From assembly GCA_045541795.1 (NCBI GenBank), contig JAZQJV010000010.1, positions 72,333 through 136,332 on the forward strand: a DNA stretch of 64,000 nt. The letters are read 5' to 3'. The number at the start of each line of letters is the position of its first letter. Positions within the stretch are counted from its first letter, which is position 1. A program made the translations under genes and the position numbers. Positions 50,136 to 60,352 of this stretch are shown in pieces. Under the pieces are notes generated by a model. It saw nothing but the letters and a program-made list of their open reading frames with translations, did not search any database and had not been told where the DNA came from. Source of the stretch: Patescibacteria group bacterium. GTDB taxonomy: Bacteria; Patescibacteriota; Microgenomatia; UBA1400; PJMF01.

Positions 50136-52157
50136 ATGGCAAGTAATGAATACAAAGCATCACAAATTAAAGTGTTGGAGGGTCTCGAACCAGTACGCAA
50201 GCGCCCCGGCATGTATATCGGTAGCACTGACGCCAAAGGTTTGCATCACCTTGCCCGTGAAATCTTAGATAATGCCGTCGATGAGGCCATCGCCGGTTTT
50301 GGCCACACCATCCAGCTTTTCCGCCAGAGCGTCCCAGAGAGCTACCGTCACATCGTCACCGGTAAAGACAATGCTTGGGGAGAAGAGGAGATTATCGTGG
50401 TAGATAATGGCCGCGGTATCCCGGTAGACATGCACGCCAGCGGTGTTTCTGCCCTCGAAGTTGTCCTGACCAAACTCCATGCCGGCGGCAAATTTGAAGA
50501 AACCGCTTATCAGGCTTCCGGCGGCTTGCACGGGGTGGGTAGCTCGGCCGTCAATGCTTTATCCGTGATCATGCAAGTCGTCGTCAAACGTGACGGCAAA
50601 TATTACTACTTAGCCCTTTCTCAAGGGGAAATTTTGGATCACGTGGCCGTCATCAGCGAAGAAGACTTCCGGCAAAAATTCCCGGTGGCGTGTGAATCCT
50701 TGATTACCAAGTATGATACCGGCACGCTTGTCAGTTTCGTGCCCGATAAAACTATTTTTTCGACCACCAAATTTTCCTTAAATGAGCTGGTTTCTACCCT
50801 AAAAGATCGCGCTTATTTGATGGCTCGCATTTATTTTGAGCTCAACGACAGTATCGCCCACATCAATCGTCACTATTACTTTGAAAACGGTATCCGTTCA
50901 CTCGTGGAGCATATCAACCGTTCCAAAAAACCGCTCCATGACGTTTTTTACGTCAATAAAGCCTGGTCAGATCAGGAAACCGGCAAGCACATCGGCGTAG
51001 AAGTGGCTCTCCAATACAATGACAGTTTCACCGAAAAACTCGAGTCTTACGTCAACGTCATCCCCACCCCCGATGCTGGTACTCACGTCACTGGCTTCCG
51101 GGCTGCTTTGCTCAAAGTCCTCAAAGATTACGCCGATAAAAACAAACTTCTCAAGGAAAAAGAAAACTTCACCAGTGAAGACCTCAAGGAAGGTTTGACA
51201 GCAGTGGTATTTGTGAAAATGCCCGCCAATGACCTCCAATTTGAAGGTCAGACTAAATCTCGGCTCAACAACTCAGAAGCGCACACCGCCGTCTATCAAG
51301 TCATGAAAGATGCGCTCAATGATTTCCTCGAGGAAAACCCCAAAATCGGCAAAATTATCATCGAAAAAGTAGTCATTGCCGCCAACGCTCGCCTGGCAGC
51401 TCGCGCCGCCAAAGACGCCGTGATCCGTAAGAGTGCTTTTGAGGGTGGCGGTCTCCCGGGTAAGCTCGCTGATTGTCAGTCCAAACACCCCGAAGAATGT
51501 GAGATTTACATCGTTGAGGGCGACTCAGCCGGCGGCAGTGCCAAACAAGGCCGCGATCGCAAATTCCAGGCAATTTTCCCCCTGCGCGGCAAAATCCTCA
51601 ATACTGAGCGGGCACGCTTACACAAAGTGATCGAAACCGAAGAACTCAAAAATTTGATTATTGCCCTAGGCGCGGGGATAGGGGAGACCTTCAAAGCAGA
51701 AAAATTACGGTATCACCGCATTATTTTGATGACGGATGCTGATGTAGACGGCGAACACATCACGACCCTCGGCTTGACTTTCTTTTACCGGCACTTGCCA
51801 GAAATCATCAAGGGAGGTTATCTTTACGTGGCCATGCCGCCACTTTATAAAGTCAGCGACGGCAAAACTACCGAATACACGTATACCGAAGCCGAACGTG
51901 ACGCTGCTGTGGCCAAAATCAAGGAAAAACGGCCTAATGCCAATATTTATATCCAACGCTATAAAGGCTTGGGCGAAATGAACGCCGAGCAATTATGGGA
52001 AACGACCATGAATCCCGCCAACCGGATGCTCAAGAGAATTACTCTAGACGAAGTGGAAGCCATGAATAATACTTTCTCCGTGTTGATGGGTGACGAAGTG
52101 GCACCACGCAAAAAATTCATCCAGTCTCACGCCCGGCTTGCAAACTTAGATATATAA
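50136..52157 (+). CDS. gyrB: DNA gyrase subunit B
   Basis: LEGLEPVRKRPGMYIG, SGGLHGVG, EGDSAGGSAK, PLRGKILN, MTDADVDG, RYKGLGEMN. Confidence 0.97.
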   Translation: MASNEYKASQIKVLEGLEPVRKRPGMYIGSTDAKGLHHLAREILDNAVDEAIAGFGHTIQLFRQSVPESYRHIVTGKDNAWGEEEIIVVDNGRGIPVDMHASGVSALEVVLTKLHAGGKFEETAYQASGGLHGVGSSAVNALSVIMQVVVKRDGKYYYLALSQGEILDHVAVISEEDFRQKFPVACESLITKYDTGTLVSFVPDKTIFSTTKFSLNELVSTLKDRAYLMARIYFELNDSIAHINRHYYFENGIRSLVEHINRSKKPLHDVFYVNKAWSDQETGKHIGVEVALQYNDSFTEKLESYVNVIPTPDAGTHVTGFRAALLKVLKDYADKNKLLKEKENFTSEDLKEGLTAVVFVKMPANDLQFEGQTKSRLNNSEAHTAVYQVMKDALNDFLEENPKIGKIIIEKVVIAANARLAARAAKDAVIRKSAFEGGGLPGKLADCQSKHPEECEIYIVEGDSAGGSAKQGRDRKFQAIFPLRGKILNTERARLHKVIETEELKNLIIALGAGIGETFKAEKLRYHRIILMTDADVDGEHITTLGLTFFYRHLPEIIKGGYLYVAMPPLYKVSDGKTTEYTYTEAERDAAVAKIKEKRPNANIYIQRYKGLGEMNAEQLWETTMNPANRMLKRITLDEVEAMNNTFSVLMGDEVAPRKKFIQSHARLANLDI

Positions 52158-52176
52158 GCTGACTAGAAAGGAAAAC

Positions 52177-52671
52177 ATGTCAGATTTAAAAGTTTACATC
52201 GAAATTCCCGAAGGCTCACGCGTCAAATACGAACTTGACGAGGAAACTGGGGAATTATGTATCGATCGGCTCATGCCTACGGCTATGGGTTATCCCATCA
52301 ATTACGGTCTCATCCAAGGCACACTGGGCCAAGACGGCGACGCACTCGACGCCTTAGTTTTTATCAATCAGCCCGTAATGCCAGGCGTGGTAATCAAATG
52401 CAAGCCGATTGGCGTCCTGGGAATGGAAGATGAAGAAGGTATTGACCACAAAATTTTGTGCGTCCCGGCCAAAACCAAAATTGACCCCGTCTGTGGCGCT
52501 TGGGAATCACTTGACGACATCACTCCCGCCAAAAAGGCTGAAATTAAGCACTTTTTTGAGCATTACAAAGACTTAGAAGAGGGCAAATGGGTGAAGCTTT
52601 CTGGCTGGCACGATGTCGCCATGGCACAAAAACTCATCGAAGAATCAATCAAAAGATTTGAACAAAAATAA
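52177..52671 (+). CDS. ppa: Inorganic pyrophosphatase (family I)
   Basis: IEIP.GS.VKYE, YPINYG, DGDALD, HFFEHYKDLE. Confidence 0.96.
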   Translation: MSDLKVYIEIPEGSRVKYELDEETGELCIDRLMPTAMGYPINYGLIQGTLGQDGDALDALVFINQPVMPGVVIKCKPIGVLGMEDEEGIDHKILCVPAKTKIDPVCGAWESLDDITPAKKAEIKHFFEHYKDLEEGKWVKLSGWHDVAMAQKLIEESIKRFEQK

Positions 52672-52731
52672 TAAATATTGACGAATAGGTAAAATAAAGG
52701 AATAATCAAGGCACCTAGTCAGAAAGTAATT

Positions 52732-55485
52732 ATGGCAAATGAAAACGAAGCGGACATCACGATAGAAAATCTCGAGGCCGACCAAGCTACAGACGTTGGT
52801 GTGACCAACACCACAGTGTCTGCCGAGACTGCTGGTGCCGCTGCGGAATCCGCCGAAATTGCCACTCTAGGTGACCTTGATCGTTCCCAGATCGTCAAAT
52901 CCGAATACGGTCAACTGTGGAATCGCAGCATTATCCGTGAAATGGAAATGTCCTACCTTGACTATGCCATGAGCGTTATCGTCGCTCGGGCTCTTCCTGA
53001 TGCTCGTGACGGATTAAAACCGGTACATAGGCGTATTTTATATTCCATGCACCGCTCCGGCATCCATTACAACACTCCTTACAAAAAATCTGCCCGCATT
53101 GTCGGCGATGTGCTCGGTAAATATCACCCTCACGGTGATGCTTCCGTATATATGGCGCTCGTCCGTCTGGCGCAGCCATTTAGTATGCGCTATCCACTCA
53201 TTGATGGCCAGGGAAATTTTGGTAGTGTCGATGGTGATGCTCCTGCCGCCATGCGTTACACGGAAGCACGCATGGCCAAAATCACCAGTGAAATCTTAGC
53301 TGATATTGACAAAAATACCGTCCCCATGATCGACAACTTCGACGGCTCACTCAAAGAACCGGCCGTCTTGCCTGGTAAAATCCCCAATCTCCTCCTTATG
53401 GGCTCGGAAGGTATCGCCGTGGGTATGGCGACCAAAATCCCGCCTCACAACCTTACCGAAGTCGGCCACGCCATCATCAACATGATCAAAAAAGGCCAGG
53501 TAGACAATGCCGAAACCATTAATGCCGACAACATCGTCAAGGCCACTGACAAAGATTCATTGGCAGCCAATCACGAGATCATCGAGGAAGCCATTCATCG
53601 TGACGCCAAACGAATTGCCGGTCATTTTGTCAGCAGTATCAGTTTTGAGGAAATCATGAGCGACATCAAAGGACCAGATTTTCCCTCTGGTGGGCTGATT
53701 TTTGACGAAAAAGCCATCGCTGAAGTCTACCGCACCGGCAAAGGCCGGATTGTCAATCGCGCCCAAGCCGAAATCGTCGATGACGGCAAAGGCCACGTCC
53801 AGATCATTTCCAACGCCGTCCCGTATCAATGTAGCGGCGACAAAATCGTTGCCCGGATCGTAGAATTGGCTAAAGCCAAAAAACTCATCGGCATCAAAGA
53901 CGCCAATAACCACTCTGACCGCCACGGTTTCCAGATCACCATTGATCTCAAAAAAGACGCTCAGCCAAAAGTGATCCTCAATAAACTCTATCAACTCACA
54001 GAATTCCAGGTCAATTTCCCTGTCAACATGGTGGCCCTCAATGCTGATGGCGTACCGCAATTAATGAACATCAAGCAAGTCCTTCGTGAATACATTCTCC
54101 ATCGCCAGCTAGTGGTGATCCGGCGAGCACAATTTGACCTCATCAAAGCTCGTGACCGAGCCCACATCTTGGAAGGATTAATTATCGCCCTCGACAATAT
54201 TGATGCTGTCATCAAAGTTATCCGCGAATCCAAAGATATTCCGGTCGCCAAGGCTGCATTAATGGAAAACTTTGGCTTGAGCGAAATCCAGGCTACAGCT
54301 ATCGTCGAACTGCGTCTAGGACGTCTCGCCGCTCTCGAGAGGCTCAAAATCGAACAAGAATACAGCGAAATCCAAAAAACTATCAACGACCTGCTCTCAA
54401 AAATTGCCCATCCGCAATCGATTTTGGACACTATCATCTCTGAAATGGAAGAACTGATTGCCAATTACGGTGATGAGCGGCTAACCAAAGTTATCCCCGG
54501 CAAAGTGGGCGAGTTTTCACAAGAAGACCTCATTCCTGATCAAGAAACCATTATCACGCTCACCAGGACCAATTACATCAAGCGTCTCCCGCCGGACACT
54601 TTCCGCGCCCAATCACGTGGCGGTAAAGGTACGGCCGGGGTAAAAATGAAAGAAGATGACCTAGTCAAATGCATCCTTTCTGTCAATACCCATGACAATC
54701 TATTACTTTTTACCAATCTCGGCCGGGTTTTCCAGCTCAAAGCTCACGAAATTCCTGAAGTCAGCAAAGGTGCCAAAGGTACCGCTGTGGTCAATCTCAT
54801 TAACCTCAAATCAGGCGAAAAAGTGGAGTTTATCCTCAAAATCAATCTGGAAGAAAATCGCGATCAGCACATTGCCCTCATCACCAAAGCCGGTCTCGTC
54901 AAAAAGACTGCCGTCTCGCAATTTGACAATATCCGCGGCAATGGTATCATTGCCATTTCTCTCAATAGCGGTGACGAACTTGTCTGGGGACAACTAGTCA
55001 ATAAAAACGACGACATCCTCTTGGTAACCCACCACGGTATGTGTATCCGTTTCAACGAAGATCAGGTAAAAGCCACTTCTCGTGACACCAAAGGTGTGAA
55101 AGGCATTACTTTGCGCGGTGATGAAGTGGTAGATGTGGAAATCATCAAGCCAGAAGATCAAAACGCCCAACACTACTTACTCACGATCACTGAAGGTGGC
55201 ATGGGCAAAATGACCTCCATCGAGCAGTATCCACGTCAAAATCGCTCTGGTACCGGTCTCAAAGTTGCTGTGGTTAATGATAAAACCGGCCCTATCGCCA
55301 AAGCTTTCCTCATTAAAGACAAAACCCAAGAAATCATTATTTCCACCAAAGCAGGGCAGACAATCAAAATGAGCCTGAATGATGTCCCCACGCCGGCTCG
55401 CGTCTCGCAGGGCGTAATCCTCATTCGTCTCGATGCCGACGATAGCGTCGCCACTGCCACCCTAACTGGCGACAAGATAGAGTAG
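52732..55485 (+). CDS. gyrA: DNA gyrase subunit A
   Basis: [24 protein letters not shown], GyrA-box QSRGGKG, C-terminal pinwheel repeats. Confidence 0.97.
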   Translation: MANENEADITIENLEADQATDVGVTNTTVSAETAGAAAESAEIATLGDLDRSQIVKSEYGQLWNRSIIREMEMSYLDYAMSVIVARALPDARDGLKPVHRRILYSMHRSGIHYNTPYKKSARIVGDVLGKYHPHGDASVYMALVRLAQPFSMRYPLIDGQGNFGSVDGDAPAAMRYTEARMAKITSEILADIDKNTVPMIDNFDGSLKEPAVLPGKIPNLLLMGSEGIAVGMATKIPPHNLTEVGHAIINMIKKGQVDNAETINADNIVKATDKDSLAANHEIIEEAIHRDAKRIAGHFVSSISFEEIMSDIKGPDFPSGGLIFDEKAIAEVYRTGKGRIVNRAQAEIVDDGKGHVQIISNAVPYQCSGDKIVARIVELAKAKKLIGIKDANNHSDRHGFQITIDLKKDAQPKVILNKLYQLTEFQVNFPVNMVALNADGVPQLMNIKQVLREYILHRQLVVIRRAQFDLIKARDRAHILEGLIIALDNIDAVIKVIRESKDIPVAKAALMENFGLSEIQATAIVELRLGRLAALERLKIEQEYSEIQKTINDLLSKIAHPQSILDTIISEMEELIANYGDERLTKVIPGKVGEFSQEDLIPDQETIITLTRTNYIKRLPPDTFRAQSRGGKGTAGVKMKEDDLVKCILSVNTHDNLLLFTNLGRVFQLKAHEIPEVSKGAKGTAVVNLINLKSGEKVEFILKINLEENRDQHIALITKAGLVKKTAVSQFDNIRGNGIIAISLNSGDELVWGQLVNKNDDILLVTHHGMCIRFNEDQVKATSRDTKGVKGITLRGDEVVDVEIIKPEDQNAQHYLLTITEGGMGKMTSIEQYPRQNRSGTGLKVAVVNDKTGPIAKAFLIKDKTQEIIISTKAGQTIKMSLNDVPTPARVSQGVILIRLDADDSVATATLTGDKIE

Positions 55486-55506
55486 GGGAGAGCCAAGAGT
55501 CATCTT

Positions 55507-55530
55507 ACCGCCCCAAAAGGGGCGGTTTTT
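55507..55530 (+). terminator. Rho-independent terminator after gyrA
   Basis: ACCGCCCC-AAAA-GGGGCGGT-TTTT. Confidence 0.85.
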
Positions 55531-55636
55531 CGTGAACGGCAGCTGTAGTCTGATGTATTTCGTGCTATTTTGTAAATAAAAAGCAGACATTAGTGAATAA
55601 GGGCTGTATATCAGCATTTTTCTCGAGCGTAAATCA

Positions 55637-55663
55637 TTAGCAGTCATCTGTAATGACTGCTAG
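55637..55663. promoter_or_regulatory. CIRCE-like inverted repeat
   Basis: TTAGCAGTC-N9-GACTGCTAG. Confidence 0.55.
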
Positions 55664-55797
55664 CATGATGTCTTATAATCCATTTTTGCCGAGTTATTCG
55701 CACTTATACGGCTACTTTTTGCAATTTTACAGCCGTTTCACAATTCACCACGCAAAACGCTCAAAAGTGTGGTATAATACCCACATTAACAATTTAA

Positions 55798-55870
55798 GGG
55801 CCGTTGGCACAGTTGGTAGCGCGCTTCTATGGCATAGAAGAGGTCAGGGGTTCGACTCCCCTACGGTCCA
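55798..55870 (+). tRNA. tRNA-Ala(GGC), CCA not encoded
   Basis: Acceptor GGGCCGT/ACGGTCC with G3:U70, anticodon arm CTTCT-ATGGCAT-AGAAG (A32-U38), GTTCGA T-loop; TGGTATAAT upstream. Confidence 0.96.
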
Positions 55871-55982
55871 CAACTTATTCCCGCAAAAATTGCAAGAATA
55901 ATTTCCCCATAATTAATTACCGCATAATTACCGCAAAGTGAATTTTCGCTCCTGCCCCGCCGCTATAAGAGTAGAGGAGAGC

Positions 55983-56918
55983 TCATTTTTTGAGCGAATG
56001 AAACTGCTCATGCGCCTTTTTCAGCTGCGGCTTGGTGACATGAGTATAAATTTGCGTCGTGACTACTGATTTATGACCTAGCATTTCCTGCACATCGCGC
56101 AAATTAGCCCCATTACTGATCAAATCAGTCGCAAATGAATGCCGCACTCCGTGCGGAGAAAGTTTGACTGGCAATTTTGCCCGGCGTGAATATTTATCCA
56201 CAATCCGCTGCACACTTCTAGCCGTCAAACGCATTTGTTCACCATCGCCCAACGGATTTTTCTCCTTTTTACCGCCAAAATGCACAAATAGGGGAGACCA
56301 CTCATCTTCCCTACTCCCCAACCACTGTTTGATCCAAAATTTAGCCCGTTCACTAATAAAAACCACTCGTGGCCGGCGACCTTTACCAATCACCCCCAGT
56401 TCACCAGATTCCAGATCTAGTTGTTCACGATTAAGCGCTACCAGTTCGCTTACCCGTAATCCCGTAGAATACAAAAGCTCCAAAATTGTCCGGTCGCGAA
56501 GGCCCGCCTTTGTCGTCAGATCTGGAGTTTCCAGTAATTTCAGGATATGTTCACTATCTGTATATCTCATGGGCAAAGGATCTGCCTTTGGCAACTCGAT
56601 TTTCTCTGGAGCCAGCGTTTTCACGTCATTTAGGGCCAACCACTTGAGCAGACTGCGGATGGCAATTAGATAGTAGCCTTGAGTTTTCTTTGACAGCGGA
56701 TCGCCGTTTTCTGTTTTAATCCGGCTTAAAGCCAACCTATAACTGCGCATCCCGTCCAAATCCAAACGTCCGATATTATCTATCCCTTTACGCTCCAACC
56801 AGTCTACAAAATGGTTTAAATAGTGCCGATAGTTGCGTACTGTCAACCGGCTGACATTGCGCTCAACTTCCAAATGTTCCAAAAATAATTCTTTGACAAC
56901 GACTGGTTTTGTTTCCAT
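55983..56918 (-). CDS. Tyrosine recombinase, XerC/XerD family
   Basis: N-terminal SAM-like domain (ERNVS..TVRNY); catalytic R (GLRVSEL), K (GKG), HGVRHSFAT, LGH, TTQIYTH. Confidence 0.95.
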   Translation of the reverse strand: METKPVVVKELFLEHLEVERNVSRLTVRNYRHYLNHFVDWLERKGIDNIGRLDLDGMRSYRLALSRIKTENGDPLSKKTQGYYLIAIRSLLKWLALNDVKTLAPEKIELPKADPLPMRYTDSEHILKLLETPDLTTKAGLRDRTILELLYSTGLRVSELVALNREQLDLESGELGVIGKGRRPRVVFISERAKFWIKQWLGSREDEWSPLFVHFGGKKEKNPLGDGEQMRLTARSVQRIVDKYSRRAKLPVKLSPHGVRHSFATDLISNGANLRDVQEMLGHKSVVTTQIYTHVTKPQLKKAHEQFHSLKK

Positions 56919-57413
56919 AGTGCCATTGTACCACCAAAATCACGTTAAAATTGACGATTATTTGCGGCCGTGATTAATTTTAGACTAAACAACTATCATT
57001 TATAAAGTTCTAAGCCGTTTTTGGGGCATTTAAATCAATTCTGCCTGGAAACAAGATTAAAAGCCTAATATCACAGCTATCATTACGATGATTCTCACGC
57101 ACAGTTCAAATCATTCCACACTACAGCCACTGCCAACGTCACTACTGTCCGTCACCGCAAAAGTCACCCCTCTCTCCTCTCCAGGCTAAAAGGGGACGGC
57201 AGGGGAGACAATTGGAGCCGTCACGCCTGGTAAGCCAAGACCGATACCCAGAACTGATCACATTTGTAAGACCTTATAACGATATAAGCTAATTTTGGCC
57301 TCTCTCGACTGGGGAATAAGGGCCACCGTCCAGGCAAACTCGAAAAAAAAGATATTTACAAATTAAAAATTTACGTCGTCAAAAATCCCACAAATCCGTG
57401 ATTTCCAGGCAAA

Positions 57414-57441
57414 GTGTCGTAAAAGTTATATTGTGCGACAC
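57414..57441. other. dif-like 11-6-11 recombination site candidate
   Basis: GTGTCGTAAAA-GTTATA-TTGTGCGACAC, ~500 bp upstream of the Xer-like gene. Confidence 0.55.
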
Positions 57442-57753
57442 TCTCAAAACCCTACTCTTGAACATATTTTGCTTAAAAACGCTATTGCTGTCAGGAGAGG
57501 AGACAAGCAGACGTCCCTCTCTGAATGACAATTAAATTAGCGATCACGACGACACTATTTTGCAACTATAAAAACTAATGCAGACGGCTCTAAAAAGCTC
57601 AGGCCGCTATAACACGCCGTCACCAGGCGTAAATCAAGAGAAATCAGCCCAGTCCCAATAAGTTAATCTACCCTTCTCGAAACAAGTACCGGATAACATT
57701 CCAGAGGTAAACCGAGACGATTTCGGGTTATTTTTGCATAATTATCGCAAATT

Positions 57754-58005
57754 ACTATATCAAACTATATCAATTTTAGACCAAATAAGAGTTTTCCACG
57801 GGGTGGAAAACTATATCAAACTATATCATTTCTCCAAACAAGAGCCTGTCACCAGGCAGAAGGCCATCAAGAACCCATCGATTCACACATCAACTTCTGG
57901 CCGTAAATCCGTATATTCTTGTTCGGGTTTTAATCGCTAAATTACTATAATTTACTATATCAAACTATATCATTTTCCATAGTGTCACTATATCAAACTA
58001 TATCA
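57754..58005 (+). repeat. Four exact copies of ACTATATCAAACTATATCA (iteron-like)
   Basis: 57754-57772, 57810-57828, 57954-57972, 57987-58005. Confidence 0.9.
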
Positions 58006-58527
58006 TTTTTGTCACATTATAGGCATTCTTGCCTGGAGAGCAATAATTACCGCAAAATTATCGCAGTCCTCTACTCTGTCTCCCCTCACCTACCAAAATT
58101 CACTACACTTAGTCCAGATCAACACCAAAATTTATAATTATTTGACTATTACCGCACGGCAATTATGCAAAGATATTAACTTTTGACTCTAAATACAGCC
58201 GCCAAATATCAAGTCTCACAGTACCTTTTCCAGGCGTTACTCCCCTACTTCACCAGATATACGCTACCATCTACCCGCCTTCTAACAATTTATTTACGCA
58301 CTATTGCTGCGGGACTGACTCGATTATTGCATGATTCCTATATTAATAATTATTAGTAATTATGCAATAATTAAATTCCGCAGTTTCGCCAAAACTGATA
58401 ATAGTTTTACACCACAAGAGTAATTTCTATTAAGTCCTTACAAAACACTCATAAGTACTCAAAAGTGCTAAAATTATAAATTTTAAAATTTTACCGATAT
58501 ATAGCTATTTTTTCATCACTTAAAAAT

Positions 58528-58554
58528 TTAGCAGCGATTCCGCATGAGTGATAA
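58528..58554. promoter_or_regulatory. Degenerate CIRCE-like site
   Basis: TTAGCAGCG-N9-GAGTGATAA. Confidence 0.4.
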
Positions 58555-58877
58555 AATTGGCCATTTATATCTGGAAATGACCTAATAAGTGAAAAGTAAG
58601 TTAATCATTGCTATTTTTTAGCTTTTCAGCCTAATTTTCTAGTATCCTAAAAATTTTTATTATTAATTTTATCAAACATTAAAAAATTCAATTTTCGCAT
58701 AAATGTAAGAAAAAAAATACTATATTCACGCACTATTACCGCAGATCTCAAGAAATTACCTGCTTCTGAAATTGCGCATTAATTAATTACCGCTTTTTAG
58801 CCCGTATATCGCCATCTTGCCGCAATTGCGCAAATTACTCCCCATCATCTCTTCCAAACGGTGTTATAATAGCCGAT

Positions 58878-59648
58878 ATGCGTGAACGTGAACGTTTTGT
58901 CATTAGTGCCGTCTTTTTAGGTTTAGTTTTTTGGCTCACCCAACTCGTGCCGATTTCTTGGCGTTATCTCGGCATTGCTGGCTTTACGCTGATCACCTAC
59001 TTCGTCAGCGCCTGGACTTTACATAAATATCTCAAGTTCCACCACTGGGTGCTCTATCTCCCCCTCCCCGCTCTTTACTCCCTATTCATCGGCTGTTTTT
59101 ACTTTCTGCTGCCTACCAATTTCTGGAGTATGATTACCGTTTTGGGCCTTTTTTCTTTAGGCATGTACGCCCTCTTCCTTTCGGGGAACATTTTTTGTGT
59201 CGCCGAGCATGACAAAAAAATCCCGCTCACCCGTGTCGCGCAAAATATTATCCTCTTTTTTGCTATCATTATTTCTCTACTCGGCTGTCAAGTGATTTAC
59301 TCATTTTCCTGGCCGCTTTATGTCACTTTCCCGCTCGTCTTTTTGCTTCACTTTCACCTGTGTCTCACTACTGCCTGGTCCGTTGAACTTCAACCCCGCA
59401 TCTCCTTAGAGCTTTTCCAGCTAAGTTTTTTTGCCGCACTCTTAGTGGGTGAATTTGCGCTCGCCCTCTCCTTCCTACCGCTTGAAGGCTGGCATATTGC
59501 TCTACTGATCATGTCTACTTTTTACCTGATTCTAGGTATTTTGCAGGTTTTTATCGGCGATAAACTATATCGGCGTACTTTGCGGGAATACAGTTTTTTA
59601 GTCATCCTGATCATCTTAATGTACATTGCCATCTTTCCTGGCAAGTAA
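58878..59648 (+). CDS. Polytopic membrane protein of unknown function
   Basis: About 8-9 hydrophobic helices; TGTTATAAT 7 nt upstream of the ATG. Confidence 0.8.
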   Translation: MRERERFVISAVFLGLVFWLTQLVPISWRYLGIAGFTLITYFVSAWTLHKYLKFHHWVLYLPLPALYSLFIGCFYFLLPTNFWSMITVLGLFSLGMYALFLSGNIFCVAEHDKKIPLTRVAQNIILFFAIIISLLGCQVIYSFSWPLYVTFPLVFLLHFHLCLTTAWSVELQPRISLELFQLSFFAALLVGEFALALSFLPLEGWHIALLIMSTFYLILGILQVFIGDKLYRRTLREYSFLVILIILMYIAIFPGK

Positions 59649-59652
59649 TCGA

Positions 59653-59706
59653 TTATTAACGCAAAAAATGCGGTAATAATTATTACCGCAAATTATGCAA
59701 TAATTT
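59653..59706. repeat. Two abutting 27-bp GCA-N5-TGC dyads between convergent genes
   Basis: TTATTAACGCA-AAAAA-TGCGGTAATAA plus TTATTACCGCA-AATTA-TGCAATAATTT; the junction forms a perfect 22-bp palindrome. Confidence 0.8.
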
Positions 59707-59717
59707 ATTTCTCTCCC

Positions 59718-60257
59718 CTACTCTACAGCAGCAAATACGCCTTCCACGCCTTCTACCTCAGAGAGTTTTTGGATCAGTTCATCAAGCTGAGCATGCGTCG
59801 CCTCATCAATTTCCAGCGGCATCGTCACTTTGTATTCTTGAGTTTGCTTATCAAAACTAAACATATACCCAGCCGCCCCAGGGCCAGCCATACTACCACC
59901 GCCACGGACTAGTATTGCTTTTAATTCACTACTGGTGCGATTAGTGTTATCTGTGACCGCCATGATCATCATTCCGACCCCACCAGGACCAAAAGCCTCA
60001 TAAGTTATTTCTTGCATCGCACCGCCAGCAATTTTGCCGCAACCTATATCAATCGCTCTTTGGATCTTATCTTTCGGCATATTGGCCGCTTTAGCCTTTT
60101 CTACCCACAACCTTAAAGTGGGATTAGAATTGACATCGCCGCCGTTTTTGGCGGCAATCCTGATATTTTTTACGAGTCCTGTAAAAATCTGAGCGCGCTT
60201 GGCGTCTTCAGCTCCTTTTTTATTTTTGATATTATTCCATTTACTATGTCCAGACAT
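59718..60257 (-). CDS. yebC: YebC/PmpR family protein (short form)
   Basis: MSGHSKWNNIK.KKGAEDAKR, NMPKDKI.RAI, TDNTNRT. Confidence 0.93.
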   Translation of the reverse strand: MSGHSKWNNIKNKKGAEDAKRAQIFTGLVKNIRIAAKNGGDVNSNPTLRLWVEKAKAANMPKDKIQRAIDIGCGKIAGGAMQEITYEAFGPGGVGMMIMAVTDNTNRTSSELKAILVRGGGSMAGPGAAGYMFSFDKQTQEYKVTMPLEIDEATHAQLDELIQKLSEVEGVEGVFAAVE

Positions 60258-60352
60258 ATCTTCCGTTCTATTTTGTACTACTGCCCTATTATACCCCCAA
60301 ATTGCTCCAAATTGCTCTCAAAATGAGTTTAGTTTGTGGTATAATGCAGCAC

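Noticed and set aside
55798-58877. Prophage/ICE integrated at tRNA-Ala (recombinase next to a tRNA)
   Set aside because: No second copy of the tRNA 3' end was seen, no cargo genes follow, and the protein looks like a housekeeping XerC/D-type enzyme.
56919-58877. tmRNA, RNase P RNA or SRP RNA
   Set aside because: No GGGG..G/TCCACCA tRNA-like ends or GAGGAAAGTC signature found by eye; an Rfam scan would be needed to exclude them.
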